DNA of 64,000 nt from Nitrospirota bacterium (GTDB lineage Bacteria > Nitrospirota > UBA9217): contig CAVUCU010000005.1 in assembly GCA_963740085.1 (NCBI GenBank), forward strand, positions 320,001 to 384,000, read 5' to 3'. Below, piece after piece: positions 47,925 to 59,239 of the stretch. Each line of letters starts with the position of its first letter. Position 1 is the first letter of the stretch. The position numbers and the translations under genes are program-made. The notes under the pieces are model-generated. The model did no database searches, was not told where the DNA came from, and saw only the letters and a program-made list of their open reading frames with translations.

Positions 47925-50495
47925 TCACATCCGCCGCGGTTTCGCGCGCTTTGTCGGAGCGGCGTTCCAGGGGTCATCCGGCCAGGGGTGCCTGGGGTAG
48001 CGGCCCTTCAGGTCCTTTTTCACAAGCGGGTACCCCGTGTTCCAGAACCCCCTCAGGTCCCGGGTGATCTGGACCGGCCTGCCCGCGGGAGAAAGAAGAT
48101 GCAGCAGGACCTTGACGCGTCCGCTTGCTATCGTCGGGGTGTCCGCGAGCCCGAACATCTCCTGGAGCTTGACGGCGAGTATAGGCTGATCACCGGAAGA
48201 ATAATCGAGCGCCACCCGGCTGCCACTCGGCACCGTGATCGCCAGCGGCGCGCGTTCGTCGAGGAGCCGCCCCTGTTCCCGGGAAAGTTTCGCTTTGAGC
48301 GCCCGCAGCACGTTCAACCCCCGCAGCCCCTGCGCACTGCCAATATTCCCGAGCCAGGGAAGAAGCCATTCTTTCGGGTCGGCAAGAAGGTGCTCATCGG
48401 AAAGGTCGGGCCAGGTCTCTTCTGGAAAGACCTTCTTCATGAGGCCTGTTCTGGCCTGAAGCTGCCTTGCCTCTTTACCGAAGTTCAGCAGCCCCGGATT
48501 CGCGCGCACCTCATCGCACAGGATCGGCGCCGCCTCTTCATCAGCGGGCGTGAAGGGCCGGGCTGAAAGGAGCAGCGTCCCCAGCCGCTCTTCTTCCGCG
48601 GCCGCGATCCTGCCCTCCTTCCGATCCCATTCCACCCTCCTGACCGTTTCGATATTCCCCGCGCATTCGCTCCGGATAAGTTCCTCGGTGACCGGCGCGG
48701 CCATGTGGATAAAACCTTCCGTCTTCTCGCCTGCATCGACGTTAACGGCGATGAGGTAAGAGCTGCTTACGAGATGACTGTCCAAAGAGAGGCGCACGCC
48801 CCTTCCCGGGACAAGGACGTAACTGCGACTGCCTTCTTCGCGGCGCTTGCAGATCCTGTCCGGATATGCTGCGAGTAACAGCCGGGCGATAGCATCATGA
48901 TCAACGTTCTTTTCAGTTGGAGCGCCCTTGGACAGTCCTTCTTGAATTTTGATGTTGGTTTCTTGAGAAATTGAACCGGACATCAGGCGCCGGAGTTGCT
49001 GCGAGGTCCGTTCCACGGCCCGGAGCGCCCAGTGATCAGTTGCCCCGCCTGCCTCCGTTCCCTTTCGTCCCCTGCGCAGCGCGTCGATCCTCTCCGAAAT
49101 ATCAGGCTCATTGAGCCTGCGGTCCGCTGCGCCGTGACGGAATATCTCCCGTTCCGACAGGATGGCCGCAAGGTCCGCGCCCAGGCGCGCACACCCCAGT
49201 TCCTCCGACCTCATCATGAGACGTGAAAGCCTTGGATGGAGGGGAAAGCGGGCCATTGCCCTGCCAAGCGAGGTGATCGAAGACGAGGCGTCGAGGGCGC
49301 CAAGGTCCTGAAGCAGCTGCACGCCTGTTGCCCATGCCGCGGCAGGCGGGTCATCGAGCCATGAGAGCGCGTGCGGGTTTTTCACTCCCCATGCCGCCAG
49401 TTCAAGAGCAAGCGGGGAAAGGTCGGATACGAGGATCTCGGGTTGCGTATAGGGCAGCATGCCGTGAAGGTCATGCTTGCTGTAGAGACGATAGCACACA
49501 CCCGGTCCGAGCCGTCCCGCCCTGCCCCTTCGCTGTTCTGCTGATGCCTTCGAGACTGGGACGGTCACCAGCCGGTTCATTCCCGTCGCGGGATCGTACC
49601 TGAGCATGCGGGTCAGGCCGCTGTCGATGACCACGTGCATGCCCTCGATGGTGAGGCTCGTCTCGGCGATGTTCGTGGCGAGCACGATCTTCCGCTGGTC
49701 CTTTGACGGGAGAAGGGCGCGCTCCTGTTCCTCGAACGGCAAGTCTCCATACAGCGGATGCAGCGCAATGCGGTCTTCGCTCATGTTCAGTGATGCACGA
49801 AGCTGCCGGTCGCATGCGCGGATCTCGCCGGAGCCGGGAAGGAACACGAGGATATCGCCATACGTGTCATTCAAGGCGGTCTTTATCACCGAGGCGACGC
49901 GGAGGGGAAGAGGACCGGAAGTGTCTTCGACGTACCGCTCTTCCACGGGAAAGGCCTTGCCGCTCGAGGTGATCACCGGCGCGTTGCCGAGCAGGGCAGC
50001 GATGGGAGCGCACTCCATGGTAGCGGACATGACCAGGATCTTCAGGTCCTCGCGAAGTTGTTTACGGATATCGAGGCAGAGCGCGAGGGCAAGGTCCGCG
50101 TGGATGCTCCGCTCATGGAATTCGTCGAAGATGACCATGGCGACGCCCTGGAGACCCGGGTCGGCCTGGATGCGGCGCGCGAGGATGCCTTCGGTCACGA
50201 CCTCGATCCGGGTCCTTTCCGATCTCTTCGCGTCGAAGCGTATGGAATAGCCCACGGTCTCGCCCGCTTGCTCGCCAAGCGTTTTCGCCATCCAGCGCGC
50301 GGCCGAGACGGCGGCGATCCTGCGCGGTTCGAGCATGATGATCCGGCCCTGATCAGCCGGCAATACGTCAAGAAGGGCGAGCGGGACGCGCGTGGTCTTG
50401 CCGGCCCCCGGCGGCGCGTGCAGAACGATTGACGGATTATTGAGGACCGCCTGGTTCAGCTTCGGAAGGATCGTATCGATGGGATAGGAAGTCAT
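47925..50495 (-). CDS. hrpB: ATP-dependent helicase HrpB
   Basis: 'PGAGKTT', 'DEFHER', 'SAT', 'QRRGRAGR', C-terminal 'GRYPRHPWPDDP'. Confidence 0.94.
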   Translation of the reverse strand: MTSYPIDTILPKLNQAVLNNPSIVLHAPPGAGKTTRVPLALLDVLPADQGRIIMLEPRRIAAVSAARWMAKTLGEQAGETVGYSIRFDAKRSERTRIEVVTEGILARRIQADPGLQGVAMVIFDEFHERSIHADLALALCLDIRKQLREDLKILVMSATMECAPIAALLGNAPVITSSGKAFPVEERYVEDTSGPLPLRVASVIKTALNDTYGDILVFLPGSGEIRACDRQLRASLNMSEDRIALHPLYGDLPFEEQERALLPSKDQRKIVLATNIAETSLTIEGMHVVIDSGLTRMLRYDPATGMNRLVTVPVSKASAEQRRGRAGRLGPGVCYRLYSKHDLHGMLPYTQPEILVSDLSPLALELAAWGVKNPHALSWLDDPPAAAWATGVQLLQDLGALDASSSITSLGRAMARFPLHPRLSRLMMRSEELGCARLGADLAAILSEREIFRHGAADRRLNEPDISERIDALRRGRKGTEAGGATDHWALRAVERTSQQLRRLMSGSISQETNIKIQEGLSKGAPTEKNVDHDAIARLLLAAYPDRICKRREEGSRSYVLVPGRGVRLSLDSHLVSSSYLIAVNVDAGEKTEGFIHMAAPVTEELIRSECAGNIETVRRVEWDRKEGRIAAAEEERLGTLLLSARPFTPADEEAAPILCDEVRANPGLLNFGKEARQLQARTGLMKKVFPEETWPDLSDEHLLADPKEWLLPWLGNIGSAQGLRGLNVLRALKAKLSREQGRLLDERAPLAITVPSGSRVALDYSSGDQPILAVKLQEMFGLADTPTIASGRVKVLLHLLSPAGRPVQITRDLRGFWNTGYPLVKKDLKGRYPRHPWPDDPWNAAPTKRAKPRRM

Positions 50496-50536
50496 GACAA
50501 GCCTTCAGCCCCTGCTCAGGACCTTACAACCTTTCA

Positions 50537-50630
50537 GGAGAAAGGGGAAAACGGGAGAAATGGAGAAAAAATATATTTTCTATTTATTTCATTCATCCCC
50601 CTTTCGCCTCTCAATTCTCCGTTTCTCCTG
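50537..50630. repeat. Purine/pyrimidine periodic hairpin
   Basis: ggagaaaggggaaaacgggagaaatggaga ... ccccctttcgcctctcaattctccgtttctcc. Confidence 0.55.
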
Positions 50631-50638
50631 AGAGCTTT

Positions 50639-51481
50639 TTACTGAATCACGAGGTTGTCGATCAGTCTCGTGCTTCCGATCCGAACGGCGACCAGCAGAA
50701 CCATGCTGTCTTTGGCAGATGCAAGGGGCATGAGGTTCTCCGGGTCGGCGACCTCTACGTAATCGATCTCAATGCCCGGGACCTCGCGCAGGACCGCGAG
50801 CATCTTGTTCTTGAGCTTTTCCGGTTCCTTGCCCCCTGCTTTCGCCATCTGCTCTGCCGAGGACAGGGCGCGATGGATGACCGCGGCCTTTCGACGGTCA
50901 TCGACGCTCAGATAGCTGTTCCGCGAGCTCATGGCAAGGCCATCCGGCTCGCGCACCGTGGGAAGCACCACGATGTCTACATCCATGTCCAGGCCTTGGG
51001 CCATCCGCCTGATGACCGCGCACTGCTGATAGTCCTTCTGGCCGAAGAATGCCTTGTGCGGCTTCACGATATTGAAAAGCTTTGCCACCACCGTGGCCAC
51101 GCCGCGGAAATGTCCGGGCCTTACCGCGCCTTCCAGAACATCGGACAGCCCCTCCACCGTGACGAAGACGGACGGCGCATCAGGGTACATTCCGGAGGTT
51201 TTGGGCATGAACAGGACATCGACTCCCGCGGCTTCACACTGTGAGCGGTCCCCTGCCTCATCGCGCGGATAGCGGTCCAGGTCCTCGTTCAATCCAAACT
51301 GGGTGGGGTTCACGAAGATGCTCACGACGACGAGATCGCACTCCTGCCGCGCGCGCCGCATGAGCGACAGATGGCCTTCATGCAGAAATCCCATGGTGGG
51401 AACGAAACCGATCGTCCTGCCTTCACTGCGAACGGAATCGGCAAGGGACTGCATATCGGATATGGCGGTGATGATCTTCAT
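50639..51481 (-). CDS. panC: Pantoate-beta-alanine ligase
   Basis: 'PTMGFLHEGH', 'FGQKDYQQ', 'GLAMSSRN', 'RLIDN'. Confidence 0.96.
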   Translation of the reverse strand: MKIITAISDMQSLADSVRSEGRTIGFVPTMGFLHEGHLSLMRRARQECDLVVVSIFVNPTQFGLNEDLDRYPRDEAGDRSQCEAAGVDVLFMPKTSGMYPDAPSVFVTVEGLSDVLEGAVRPGHFRGVATVVAKLFNIVKPHKAFFGQKDYQQCAVIRRMAQGLDMDVDIVVLPTVREPDGLAMSSRNSYLSVDDRRKAAVIHRALSSAEQMAKAGGKEPEKLKNKMLAVLREVPGIEIDYVEVADPENLMPLASAKDSMVLLVAVRIGSTRLIDNLVIQ

Positions 51482-51518
51482 AGAATTGAGGATGAGACAA
51501 CCGTTAAAATCAACAGCC

Positions 51519-51613
51519 ACCGCGGAGGCACTGAGACACGGAGAACATCGAAAATAGGGGACACATCCCTTTATCTTCTCGATCCTCCTCCGTGGCCTCC
51601 GTGTCTCCGTGGT
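51519..51613. repeat. Family A hairpin element
   Basis: accgcggaggcactgagacacggag ... ctccgtggcctccgtgtctccgtggt. Confidence 0.7.
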
Positions 51614-51652
51614 AAAAAAATCTTTACGGTTTTATCTCATGGGTATGGCAGG

Positions 51653-52078
51653 CTACTTCCCGAGAAGGGTCGTGAACGTATCGTGGTGATCTTCCTCTTC
51701 AGCGAGGATCTGCTCGAAGAGCAGCCGGGTCGTGGAATCACCCTCTGTTGACGCCTGCTTGATGATCTTCTTGTACAGGTCGATGGCCTCTTCCTCGGCC
51801 TTCGCGTCATACTTGAGCATCTCCTTGACCGTACCGCCCACCTTGATAGGATCCGGCTTGGTCGTGGGAACGATGTCGAAATAGAATATCCTCTCCGCGA
51901 TCTTCTCGGCGTGCTTCATCTCCGTGATCGCGACCTCCTCGAACACATCGGCGATCTCCGCCGATTCCAGTCCCTTTGCCATGATATGCTGCCACATGTA
52001 TTGAACGCTCACCTGTATCTCGCGCGCGATCGCCTGCTGCATCATATCGGTCAACTTGACGCTTGCTTTCTGTACCAT
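51653..52078 (-). CDS. Ferritin-like (bacterioferritin-type) protein
   Basis: 'EMKHAE', 'EEEAI', 'EEEDH' di-iron motifs. Confidence 0.8.
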   Translation of the reverse strand: MVQKASVKLTDMMQQAIAREIQVSVQYMWQHIMAKGLESAEIADVFEEVAITEMKHAEKIAERIFYFDIVPTTKPDPIKVGGTVKEMLKYDAKAEEEAIDLYKKIIKQASTEGDSTTRLLFEQILAEEEDHHDTFTTLLGK

Positions 52079-52330
52079 CGTCTATTCTCCTTTCGTCATA
52101 TAATCCGCCTGGTTTTTCGCATCATGATCAAAATAGTATCAGAAAACTCCGCAAAAGGGAAGGAGTGAACAGTAAAAATTTTAGGAACTGCCGCTGCTTT
52201 CTTGCCGGGATCCGGCCCGCAAGCCTCTGGTTTTGTTTGACATCCTCCCGGGTTTCTGGTAAAAGAATATAGCTTTGACCTTTTATCCGCAAGCCCACGC
52301 AACACGATTTTATCGGGAGGAAAGAACACG

Positions 52331-52939
52331 ATGAGAAAGACAAGGATTTTGTTTACGGCCATTTTTGCAATTTTCATGGGTATTGCGGCCTCTGCGCAAC
52401 AGATGCCGGCGCTAAAAACCATAACGGTCACAAAAGAGGAGATCAAAAAAATGTCAGGTACAAAAGCGATCATTGAAACAAAGTTCGGAGATATCACGCT
52501 GAAATTCTTTCCCGACGTCGCCCCCGGCCACGTGAAGAATTTCATTGATCTGGCCAAAAAGGGCTTTTACGACGGGACCACCTTCCACCGCGTGATCCCC
52601 GGCTTCATGATCCAGGGCGGCGACCCGAACTCAAAGGACAAGAACAAGAGCAGGCACGGCCAGGGCGGGCCCGGGTACACCATCAAGGCCGAGTTTAACG
52701 ACAAACCACACAAGCGCGGCACCCTCTCCATGGCCAGGGCAGGCCAACCCGACAGCGCGGGTTCCCAGTTCTTCATCTGCGTAAAGGATTCGCCGTTCCT
52801 CGACAAGCAATATACCGTGTTCGGCGAGGTTGAGAGCGGCATCGAGGTCGTGGACAAGATCGTGTCCCAGCCCCGGGACGCGAACGACAACCCGAACGAC
52901 CGCATTGAGATGAAGGTCAAGATCGTGGAACCTAAATAG
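52331..52939 (+). CDS. Cyclophilin-type peptidyl-prolyl isomerase, exported
   Basis: 'FHRVIPGFMIQGGD', 'SAGSQFFI'. Confidence 0.93.
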   Translation: MRKTRILFTAIFAIFMGIAASAQQMPALKTITVTKEEIKKMSGTKAIIETKFGDITLKFFPDVAPGHVKNFIDLAKKGFYDGTTFHRVIPGFMIQGGDPNSKDKNKSRHGQGGPGYTIKAEFNDKPHKRGTLSMARAGQPDSAGSQFFICVKDSPFLDKQYTVFGEVESGIEVVDKIVSQPRDANDNPNDRIEMKVKIVEPK

Positions 52940-52940
52940 C

Positions 52941-53013
52941 AGGGTACAGGGTTCAGGGTACAGGGTTCAGGTTGTTGAATTCCTGACCCCTGACTACTGG
53001 CCCCTGAACCCTA
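52941..53013. repeat. Family B heptamer hairpin
   Basis: (agggtac/agggttc)x4 ... cctgacccctgactactggcccctgaaccct. Confidence 0.75.
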
Positions 53014-53028
53014 TTTTGGGAGACCTTT

Positions 53029-54234
53029 TTGAAGCAGGATATTAAAAAAGTGGTCGTGGCCTACTCCGGCGGGCTTGACACGTCGGTCATCATCACCTGG
53101 CTCAGGGAGACCTACGGATGCGAGGTGATCGCTTTCACCGCCGACATCGGCCAGGGTGAGGAACTCGAACCGCTGCGCGAAAAGGCGATCAAGACCGGCG
53201 CGAGCAAGATCTACATCGACGATCTGCGCGAGGAATTCGTCAGGGATTTCGTGTTTCCCATGCTGCGGGCGAATGCCGTGTACGAAGGCCGCTATCTCCT
53301 CGGCACATCCATCGCTCGGCCGCTCATTGCCAAACGCCAGATCGAGATCGCCGTGAAGGAAGGGGCGGACGCGGTCTGCCACGGGGCTACCGGCAAAGGG
53401 AACGATCAGGTCAGGTTCGAGCTTACGTATCTGGCGCTCAAGCCCGACGTGAAGATCGTCGCTCCCTGGCGCGAGTGGACCATGAAGGGCCGCGAAGAGC
53501 TGATCGCCTACGCGGAAAAGCATGAGATCCCGGTGACGGCGACCAGGTCCAAACCCTATTCCACGGACCGGAACCTCCTGCACATCAGCTACGAGGGCGG
53601 CATCCTCGAGGATCCCTGGAAAGAATCGACCAGCGACATGTACACCATGGCGGTGCCGGTGGAAATGGCCCCGGACAAGCCCGAGTATGTCGAGGTGGCG
53701 TATGAAGCGGGAAACCCTGTGTCCCTCAACGGCAGGAAGCTGTCGCCCGCCGCGCTCCTGGCGGAAGCGAACCGGGTCGCAGGCATCCACGGTATCGGCA
53801 GGATCGATCTCGTTGAAAACCGCTATGTGGGCATGAAGTCCCGGGGGGTGTACGAGACCCCGGGCGGCACGCTGCTCCATGCTGCGCATCGTGCAGTGGA
53901 GTCCATCACCATGGACCGGGAGGTCATGCATCTGCGGGACAGCCTGGTCCCCCGGTACGCGGAGATTGTATACTACGGGTACTGGTTCGCACCGGAACGG
54001 TCCATGCTCCAGGCAGCGGTCGATGAATCGCAAAAGAACGTGACCGGTACAGCGCGGATCAAGCTTTATAAAGGAAATTGCGAGACCGTCGGCAGGAGGT
54101 CCCCTGTCACGCTCTACAACTCCGACCTCGCCACCTTCGAGGCCGACCGCGTCTATGACCAGAAAGACGCCGAAGGTTTCATCCGGTTGAACGCGCTGAG
54201 ACTGAGGATCGGCAGCAAAGAAGGTAAACGATAA
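53029..54234 (+). CDS. argG: Argininosuccinate synthase
   Basis: 'AYSGGLDTS', '[13 protein letters not shown]'. Confidence 0.97.
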   Translation: MKQDIKKVVVAYSGGLDTSVIITWLRETYGCEVIAFTADIGQGEELEPLREKAIKTGASKIYIDDLREEFVRDFVFPMLRANAVYEGRYLLGTSIARPLIAKRQIEIAVKEGADAVCHGATGKGNDQVRFELTYLALKPDVKIVAPWREWTMKGREELIAYAEKHEIPVTATRSKPYSTDRNLLHISYEGGILEDPWKESTSDMYTMAVPVEMAPDKPEYVEVAYEAGNPVSLNGRKLSPAALLAEANRVAGIHGIGRIDLVENRYVGMKSRGVYETPGGTLLHAAHRAVESITMDREVMHLRDSLVPRYAEIVYYGYWFAPERSMLQAAVDESQKNVTGTARIKLYKGNCETVGRRSPVTLYNSDLATFEADRVYDQKDAEGFIRLNALRLRIGSKEGKR

Positions 54235-54235
54235 A

Positions 54236-54356
54236 TTTACCGCGAAGACGCTAAGGACGCGAAGAAGAACTTTGTTGTGAATATTTTTTTAACTCATTAC
54301 AATACTTCGCGGCCTTAGCGGTTCAAGGTTTTTGGTTCCGGCCTGTCCGGGTCAGG
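54236..54356. repeat. Family A hairpin element with terminal motif
   Basis: accgcgaagacgctaaggacgcgaag ... cttcgcggccttagcggt, then tttggttccggcctgtccgggtcagg. Confidence 0.75.
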
Positions 54357-54369
54357 TATATGAATCGCT

Positions 54370-55797
54370 ATGGCGAAAAAAACAAAAAACGCAAAAAAAG
54401 CAGCGCCGAGAAAGACCGCGAAGAAGGCCAGGCCCTGGGGCGGCAGGTTCACCGAGGCCACGAACAAGCTCGTGGAGGAGTTTACCGCTTCGGTCCCCTA
54501 CGACTGGCGACTCTATCCCTATGACATCGCAGGCAGTATTGCCCATGCGACCATGCTCGCCAAGACCGGCATCATCACGAAGAATGAGTCGCGCAGGATC
54601 ATCAAGGGACTTCAGGACATCCTGAGGGAGATTGCCGCGGGAGAATTCGATTTCAGCATTGAACTCGAAGATATTCACATGAACATCGAGGACCGGCTGA
54701 TCCGGAAGATCGGCCCCGTGGGCGGCAAACTCCACACGGCGCGAAGCAGGAACGATCAGGTGGCTCTCGATATCCGAATGTATCTGCGCGACGAGATCGC
54801 CGAGATCCATGAACTCCTCGGACGGCTTCAGAATGTTGTCGTCAGCCTCGCGGACCTGCATCGTGACGTGGTCATGCCGGGTTATACGCATCTCCAGCGG
54901 GCCCAGCCCGTGCTCTTCGGCCATCACCTGCTTGCATACTACGAGATGTTCGAGCGCGATCGCGGCAGGCTCGTGGACTGTTTCCGGCGTGTGAACATCA
55001 TGCCCCTCGGCGCCGGGGCGCTTGCGGGGACCGTGTTGCCCATCGACAGAAAGTACGTTGCAAGACTGCTTGCCTTTACCGAGGTGTGCGAGAACAGCAT
55101 CGACGCTGTTTCGGACCGGGACTTCTCCATCGAGTTCACGTCGGTCTGCGCGCAGATCATGATGCATCTTTCGCGCATCGCCGAAGAGATCGTCATCTGG
55201 TCTACGTCGGAGTTCGGATTCATCACGATTGGCGACGCGTTCACCACCGGCTCGTCGATCATGCCGCAAAAAAAGAACCCCGACGTGGCCGAACTCACGC
55301 GCGGTAAGACCGGCAGGGTATACGGCAGCCTTACCGCGCTCCTCACGATCATGAAAGGCCTGCCGCTCGCTTACAACCGGGACATGCAGGAGGACAAGGA
55401 GCCGGTCTTCGACGCCTCGGACACGGTCATGCTCACCCTGTCGGTATTTATCGAGATGCTCAAAAACATAACGGTGAATAAGGACGCCATGCGGAGGGCG
55501 GCTGAAGATGGATTCATCACGGCCACCGATCTGGCGGACTACCTGGTCCGGAAAGGCATGCCCTTTCGCCGGGCGCACGAGGTCGTCGGCAAGGCCGTCC
55601 TGCTTGCGACAAAACAGGGAAGCGGTCTGGGAACGTTGCCGCTCAAGGAATACCGGAAGCTTTCACCGCTGATCCGCGAGGACGTATACGACGCGCTCTC
55701 CCTTGAAGCGTCGGTCGGCAGGCGCAGGTCGTACGGAGGTACGTCGCCCGCGAACCTGCAAAAGCGGCTTGCGGCGATCAAGAAAAAGATGCGATGA
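54370..55797 (+). CDS. argH: Argininosuccinate lyase
   Basis: 'WGGRF', '[12 protein letters not shown]'. Confidence 0.97.
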   Translation: MAKKTKNAKKAAPRKTAKKARPWGGRFTEATNKLVEEFTASVPYDWRLYPYDIAGSIAHATMLAKTGIITKNESRRIIKGLQDILREIAAGEFDFSIELEDIHMNIEDRLIRKIGPVGGKLHTARSRNDQVALDIRMYLRDEIAEIHELLGRLQNVVVSLADLHRDVVMPGYTHLQRAQPVLFGHHLLAYYEMFERDRGRLVDCFRRVNIMPLGAGALAGTVLPIDRKYVARLLAFTEVCENSIDAVSDRDFSIEFTSVCAQIMMHLSRIAEEIVIWSTSEFGFITIGDAFTTGSSIMPQKKNPDVAELTRGKTGRVYGSLTALLTIMKGLPLAYNRDMQEDKEPVFDASDTVMLTLSVFIEMLKNITVNKDAMRRAAEDGFITATDLADYLVRKGMPFRRAHEVVGKAVLLATKQGSGLGTLPLKEYRKLSPLIREDVYDALSLEASVGRRRSYGGTSPANLQKRLAAIKKKMR

Positions 55798-56861
55798 ATA
55801 TCCGTACGCGATTTTTTTTCACGGCTTGTCTTCTCCTTGTTCTGACAACCGCGGTTGCCTGCGGCAGAAAAACGCCGCCCCTGGTCCCCGACAGTCCGAG
55901 ACCTGCGGTGGTAAAAGACATCCGGGTTATGACCAGGGACACCGTCGCGTTCCTTTCCTGGCCAATACCGACCCATAACGTTGAAGGCAGAGGTATGCTC
56001 CCCTCTGATATACAGCGGTTCCGCATCTATCGCGCCGAGATCGGCCGGGAGACAAAGAAGGTCCGGTACAAATTATACGCCGAGATCGACATGGCTAACC
56101 CGTCGCCCGCAGAGATCCGGAGCGGTAGGGTTTTCTGGAGCGATCAGGATTTGAAATACGGACAGGCGTATAGCTACCGGATCCGGGCCATAAGCGTCCG
56201 GGGGGGAGTAAGCCCGATGTCCGATGAAGTTCGGATCGCGCCGCTGCTGTCCCTTGCGATTCCCGGGGACCTCGCGGCACAGGGAAAAGACAGCTCGGTC
56301 ACGCTTTCCTGGGCGCCGATAACCACACGAATGGATGGCAGCCGTTACGACGGTTTTGTTGGATATAATCTATACCGCAGCACTCAAAAAGGCCTGTATG
56401 GCGATTCGCCGCTGAACAAGGAGCCGATCAGGACCGATTCGTTCAAGGACACCACGGTAGTGAATGACAGGACCTATTACTATATGGTCCGTTCCGTGGA
56501 TAGTCCGGCGCTTCCCTGGAAAGAAAGCCCGGATTCAGAAGAGGTTTCGGCAACACCCCGGGACATGACTCCGCCGGCCAGACCCACGGGGTTGACTGTC
56601 GTGCCGGGCGTAGGCAGGGCATTTCTCACGTGGAACGAGAACAAGGAACAGGACCTCGCGGGATACCACATATACCGCTCAACGAGAAAAGGCAGGGATT
56701 TCAAGCGGCTTACGCACAAAGTCCTCACGCGGACCACGTACTCCGATGAAACCGCTCAACAGGGCATGGAATATTATTACATGATCACCGCCGTGGACCG
56801 GGCCGGAAATGAGAGTAAGGGGTCGAAAGAAAAAATGGCCTCGATCGAGAAACTGAGGTAA
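55794..56861 (+). CDS. Fibronectin type III lipoprotein
   Basis: Lipobox 'VACGRKTPP'; three FN3-like repeats. Confidence 0.8.
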   Translation: MNIRTRFFFTACLLLVLTTAVACGRKTPPLVPDSPRPAVVKDIRVMTRDTVAFLSWPIPTHNVEGRGMLPSDIQRFRIYRAEIGRETKKVRYKLYAEIDMANPSPAEIRSGRVFWSDQDLKYGQAYSYRIRAISVRGGVSPMSDEVRIAPLLSLAIPGDLAAQGKDSSVTLSWAPITTRMDGSRYDGFVGYNLYRSTQKGLYGDSPLNKEPIRTDSFKDTTVVNDRTYYYMVRSVDSPALPWKESPDSEEVSATPRDMTPPARPTGLTVVPGVGRAFLTWNENKEQDLAGYHIYRSTRKGRDFKRLTHKVLTRTTYSDETAQQGMEYYYMITAVDRAGNESKGSKEKMASIEKLR

Positions 56862-56913
56862 TATGGATAAGGTCGGTCCCGCCGCTGGTGGGATTGACCT
56901 GGTCCAAATATCC

Positions 56914-58173
56914 ATGCATGATTTTAAATATAAGAACGGCGAGCTGTACTGTGAAGGGGTCCCGGTAAGGACCGTGGCCCAGCGGGTCGGCACGCCGTTC
57001 TATCTCTACAGCGGCAATACGCTCTCGAGCCATTACCGGGCGTTCGACAGGGCCTTTGCCGGCCTTGCACACGTTATCTGCTTCGCGCTTAAATCCAATT
57101 CGAACAGCGCGGTGCTCCGGCTGCTCGGCCGCGAAGGGGCAGGAGCGGATATCGTCTCGGGCGGCGAACTCTATCGCGCGATCAGCGCCGGGATCGACCC
57201 GAATAAGATCGTCTATGCAGGGGTCGGCAAACGAAGGGATGAGATCGAGTACGCACTGAAGGTCGGCATCCTCATGTTCAACGTCGAGTCCGGAGAGGAA
57301 CTGCTCGCCCTCGACCGGGCCGCAGGGAAGATGCGTGCGGTCGCCAGGATCGCCCTCCGGGTAAACCCGGATATCGACCCCAAGACCCATGCCTATATCT
57401 CCACCGGGCTCAAAGAGAACAAGTTCGGAATCCCCATCGACCGGGCGCTCGAATTTTATCAGACCGCGAAGGGCCTTGCGAACGTCGAAGTGGTCGGCGT
57501 TCACCAGCACATCGGCTCGCAGATCACCGAAGTACAGCCGTTCGTGGACGCCCTCGAAAAGCTCCTCGGGTTCGTGAACGAGCTCAAGTTCGCGGGCATC
57601 AAAATTCAATACCTCAATATAGGCGGCGGTCTGGGCATCCCGTACCATGACGAAACGCCCCCCCTGCCGGAAGATGTGGCGCAGGCTATCCGGCCGCTGC
57701 TCAAAAACTGCGGGTGCACCATCATCATGGAGCCCGGGAGAGCTATCGCCGGCAATGCGGGTATCCTTGTGACGAGCGCGCTCTATCACAAGGACAGCGG
57801 CGAAAAACGGTTCCTCATCGTTGATGCGGGAATGAACGATCTGATCCGGCCGAGCCTCTATGAGGCATATCACGATATCCGGCCGGTGGTCGAGTCCTCC
57901 GCGGCCGCGGAGGACTCGTTCGATGTGGTCGGCCCGATCTGCGAATCCGGTGATTTTCTCGGCAAGGACCGGAAGCTGCGCGAGATACAGCAGGGCGAGC
58001 TCCTCGCAGTGATGAGCGCGGGGGCCTACGGGTTCTCCATGTCCTCGAACTACAACTCCCGGCCTCGCCCTGCCGAGGTGCTGGTCAGGGGCAATGACTA
58101 TTACGTCGTGCGGGAGCGCGAGACCTACGCTGACCTTGTCAGGGGCGAGAAGGTGCCAGGGTGGCTGGAGTGA
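56914..58173 (+). CDS. lysA: Diaminopimelate decarboxylase
   Basis: 'FALKSN', 'HIGSQ', 'EPGR', 'GPICESGD', 'NYNSRPR'. Confidence 0.96.
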   Translation: MHDFKYKNGELYCEGVPVRTVAQRVGTPFYLYSGNTLSSHYRAFDRAFAGLAHVICFALKSNSNSAVLRLLGREGAGADIVSGGELYRAISAGIDPNKIVYAGVGKRRDEIEYALKVGILMFNVESGEELLALDRAAGKMRAVARIALRVNPDIDPKTHAYISTGLKENKFGIPIDRALEFYQTAKGLANVEVVGVHQHIGSQITEVQPFVDALEKLLGFVNELKFAGIKIQYLNIGGGLGIPYHDETPPLPEDVAQAIRPLLKNCGCTIIMEPGRAIAGNAGILVTSALYHKDSGEKRFLIVDAGMNDLIRPSLYEAYHDIRPVVESSAAAEDSFDVVGPICESGDFLGKDRKLREIQQGELLAVMSAGAYGFSMSSNYNSRPRPAEVLVRGNDYYVVRERETYADLVRGEKVPGWLE

Positions 58174-58279
58174 AGTGAGGATTCATCGCACGTCATCAGA
58201 CGCGGCGGCAATCATGACGATGCGTCATTCGACGAAATTTTTTTTGCGTCTTCGTTTCCCGGCGGTTCAGGGGGGTTTT

Positions 58280-59092
58280 ATGAAGAAAATACCTTTTTAC
58301 AAGATGCAGGGAAGCGGCAACGATTTCATCCTGATCGACAACCGCAGGAAAATCCTGAAAGGATTGGACCTGAAGGGACTGGCGGTGAAAGTCTGCGACC
58401 GGCACTACTCTGTCGGCGCCGACGGACTGATCGTGATCGTGACATCGAAGAAAGCGGACTTCGGATGGCGGTTCTTCAACGCCGACGGGAGCGAGGCCGA
58501 GATGTGCGGGAATGGGTCGCGGTGCGCGGCGCGGTTTGCGCTCCTCAAAAAGATCGCAAAAAAAGACATGACCTTCGAAACGCTTGCAGGGCCCATCCAT
58601 GCACAGGTGAAAAAGGACACCGTGAAGGTGCAGCTCGACGGCGCCTCCGGCTTGCGCCTGAACATCGCCGTCCCGCTCGACAGCGGATTGCGCATGGGAC
58701 ATTTCATAAACACCGGCGTGCCGCACCTCGTCTATCTCTCAAAGGACCTGGACAATGAGGACGTTGACCGGATCGGGAGGACCTCGCGGTATCATGAACT
58801 GTTCAAGCCGGCAGGCACGAATGTAAATTTTATCGAGATCCAGGGCAGGCACAGGCTCAGGATCAGGACCTACGAACGCGGTGTGGAGGGCGAGACCCTT
58901 GCATGCGGCACAGGCTCTGTAGCATCGGCGCTCGTCGCCGGTTCGCTCGGTGCGGCCTCGTCTCCGATCGAGGTCCTGACCCGGGGCGGTGAAAAGCTGC
59001 TCGTCTCGTTCGAACGTTCAGGGGACGGGTTCAACACCATCCACCTCGAAGGCAACGCGGTGGTGATCTGCGAGGGGATATTGTATGTTTAA
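58280..59092 (+). CDS. dapF: Diaminopimelate epimerase
   Basis: 'GSGNDF', 'EMCGNG', 'ERGVEGETLACGTG'. Confidence 0.96.
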   Translation: MKKIPFYKMQGSGNDFILIDNRRKILKGLDLKGLAVKVCDRHYSVGADGLIVIVTSKKADFGWRFFNADGSEAEMCGNGSRCAARFALLKKIAKKDMTFETLAGPIHAQVKKDTVKVQLDGASGLRLNIAVPLDSGLRMGHFINTGVPHLVYLSKDLDNEDVDRIGRTSRYHELFKPAGTNVNFIEIQGRHRLRIRTYERGVEGETLACGTGSVASALVAGSLGAASSPIEVLTRGGEKLLVSFERSGDGFNTIHLEGNAVVICEGILYV

Positions 59093-59221
59093 AATTCCAA
59101 TAACCAGGCGCCAAACAACAAATAAGTACCAATAATCAGCCATCAAGCTCCAAACGTTTGGTCATGATATTTTGATCATTGGATTTTATTTGGCGCTTGG
59201 GGTTTGATATTTGGAATTTGC
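59092..59221. repeat. Family B long hairpin
   Basis: aaattccaataaccaggcgccaaa ... tttggcgcttggggtttgatatttggaattt. Confidence 0.7.
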
Positions 59222-59239
59222 ATTCCAAAGGAGGCTCTT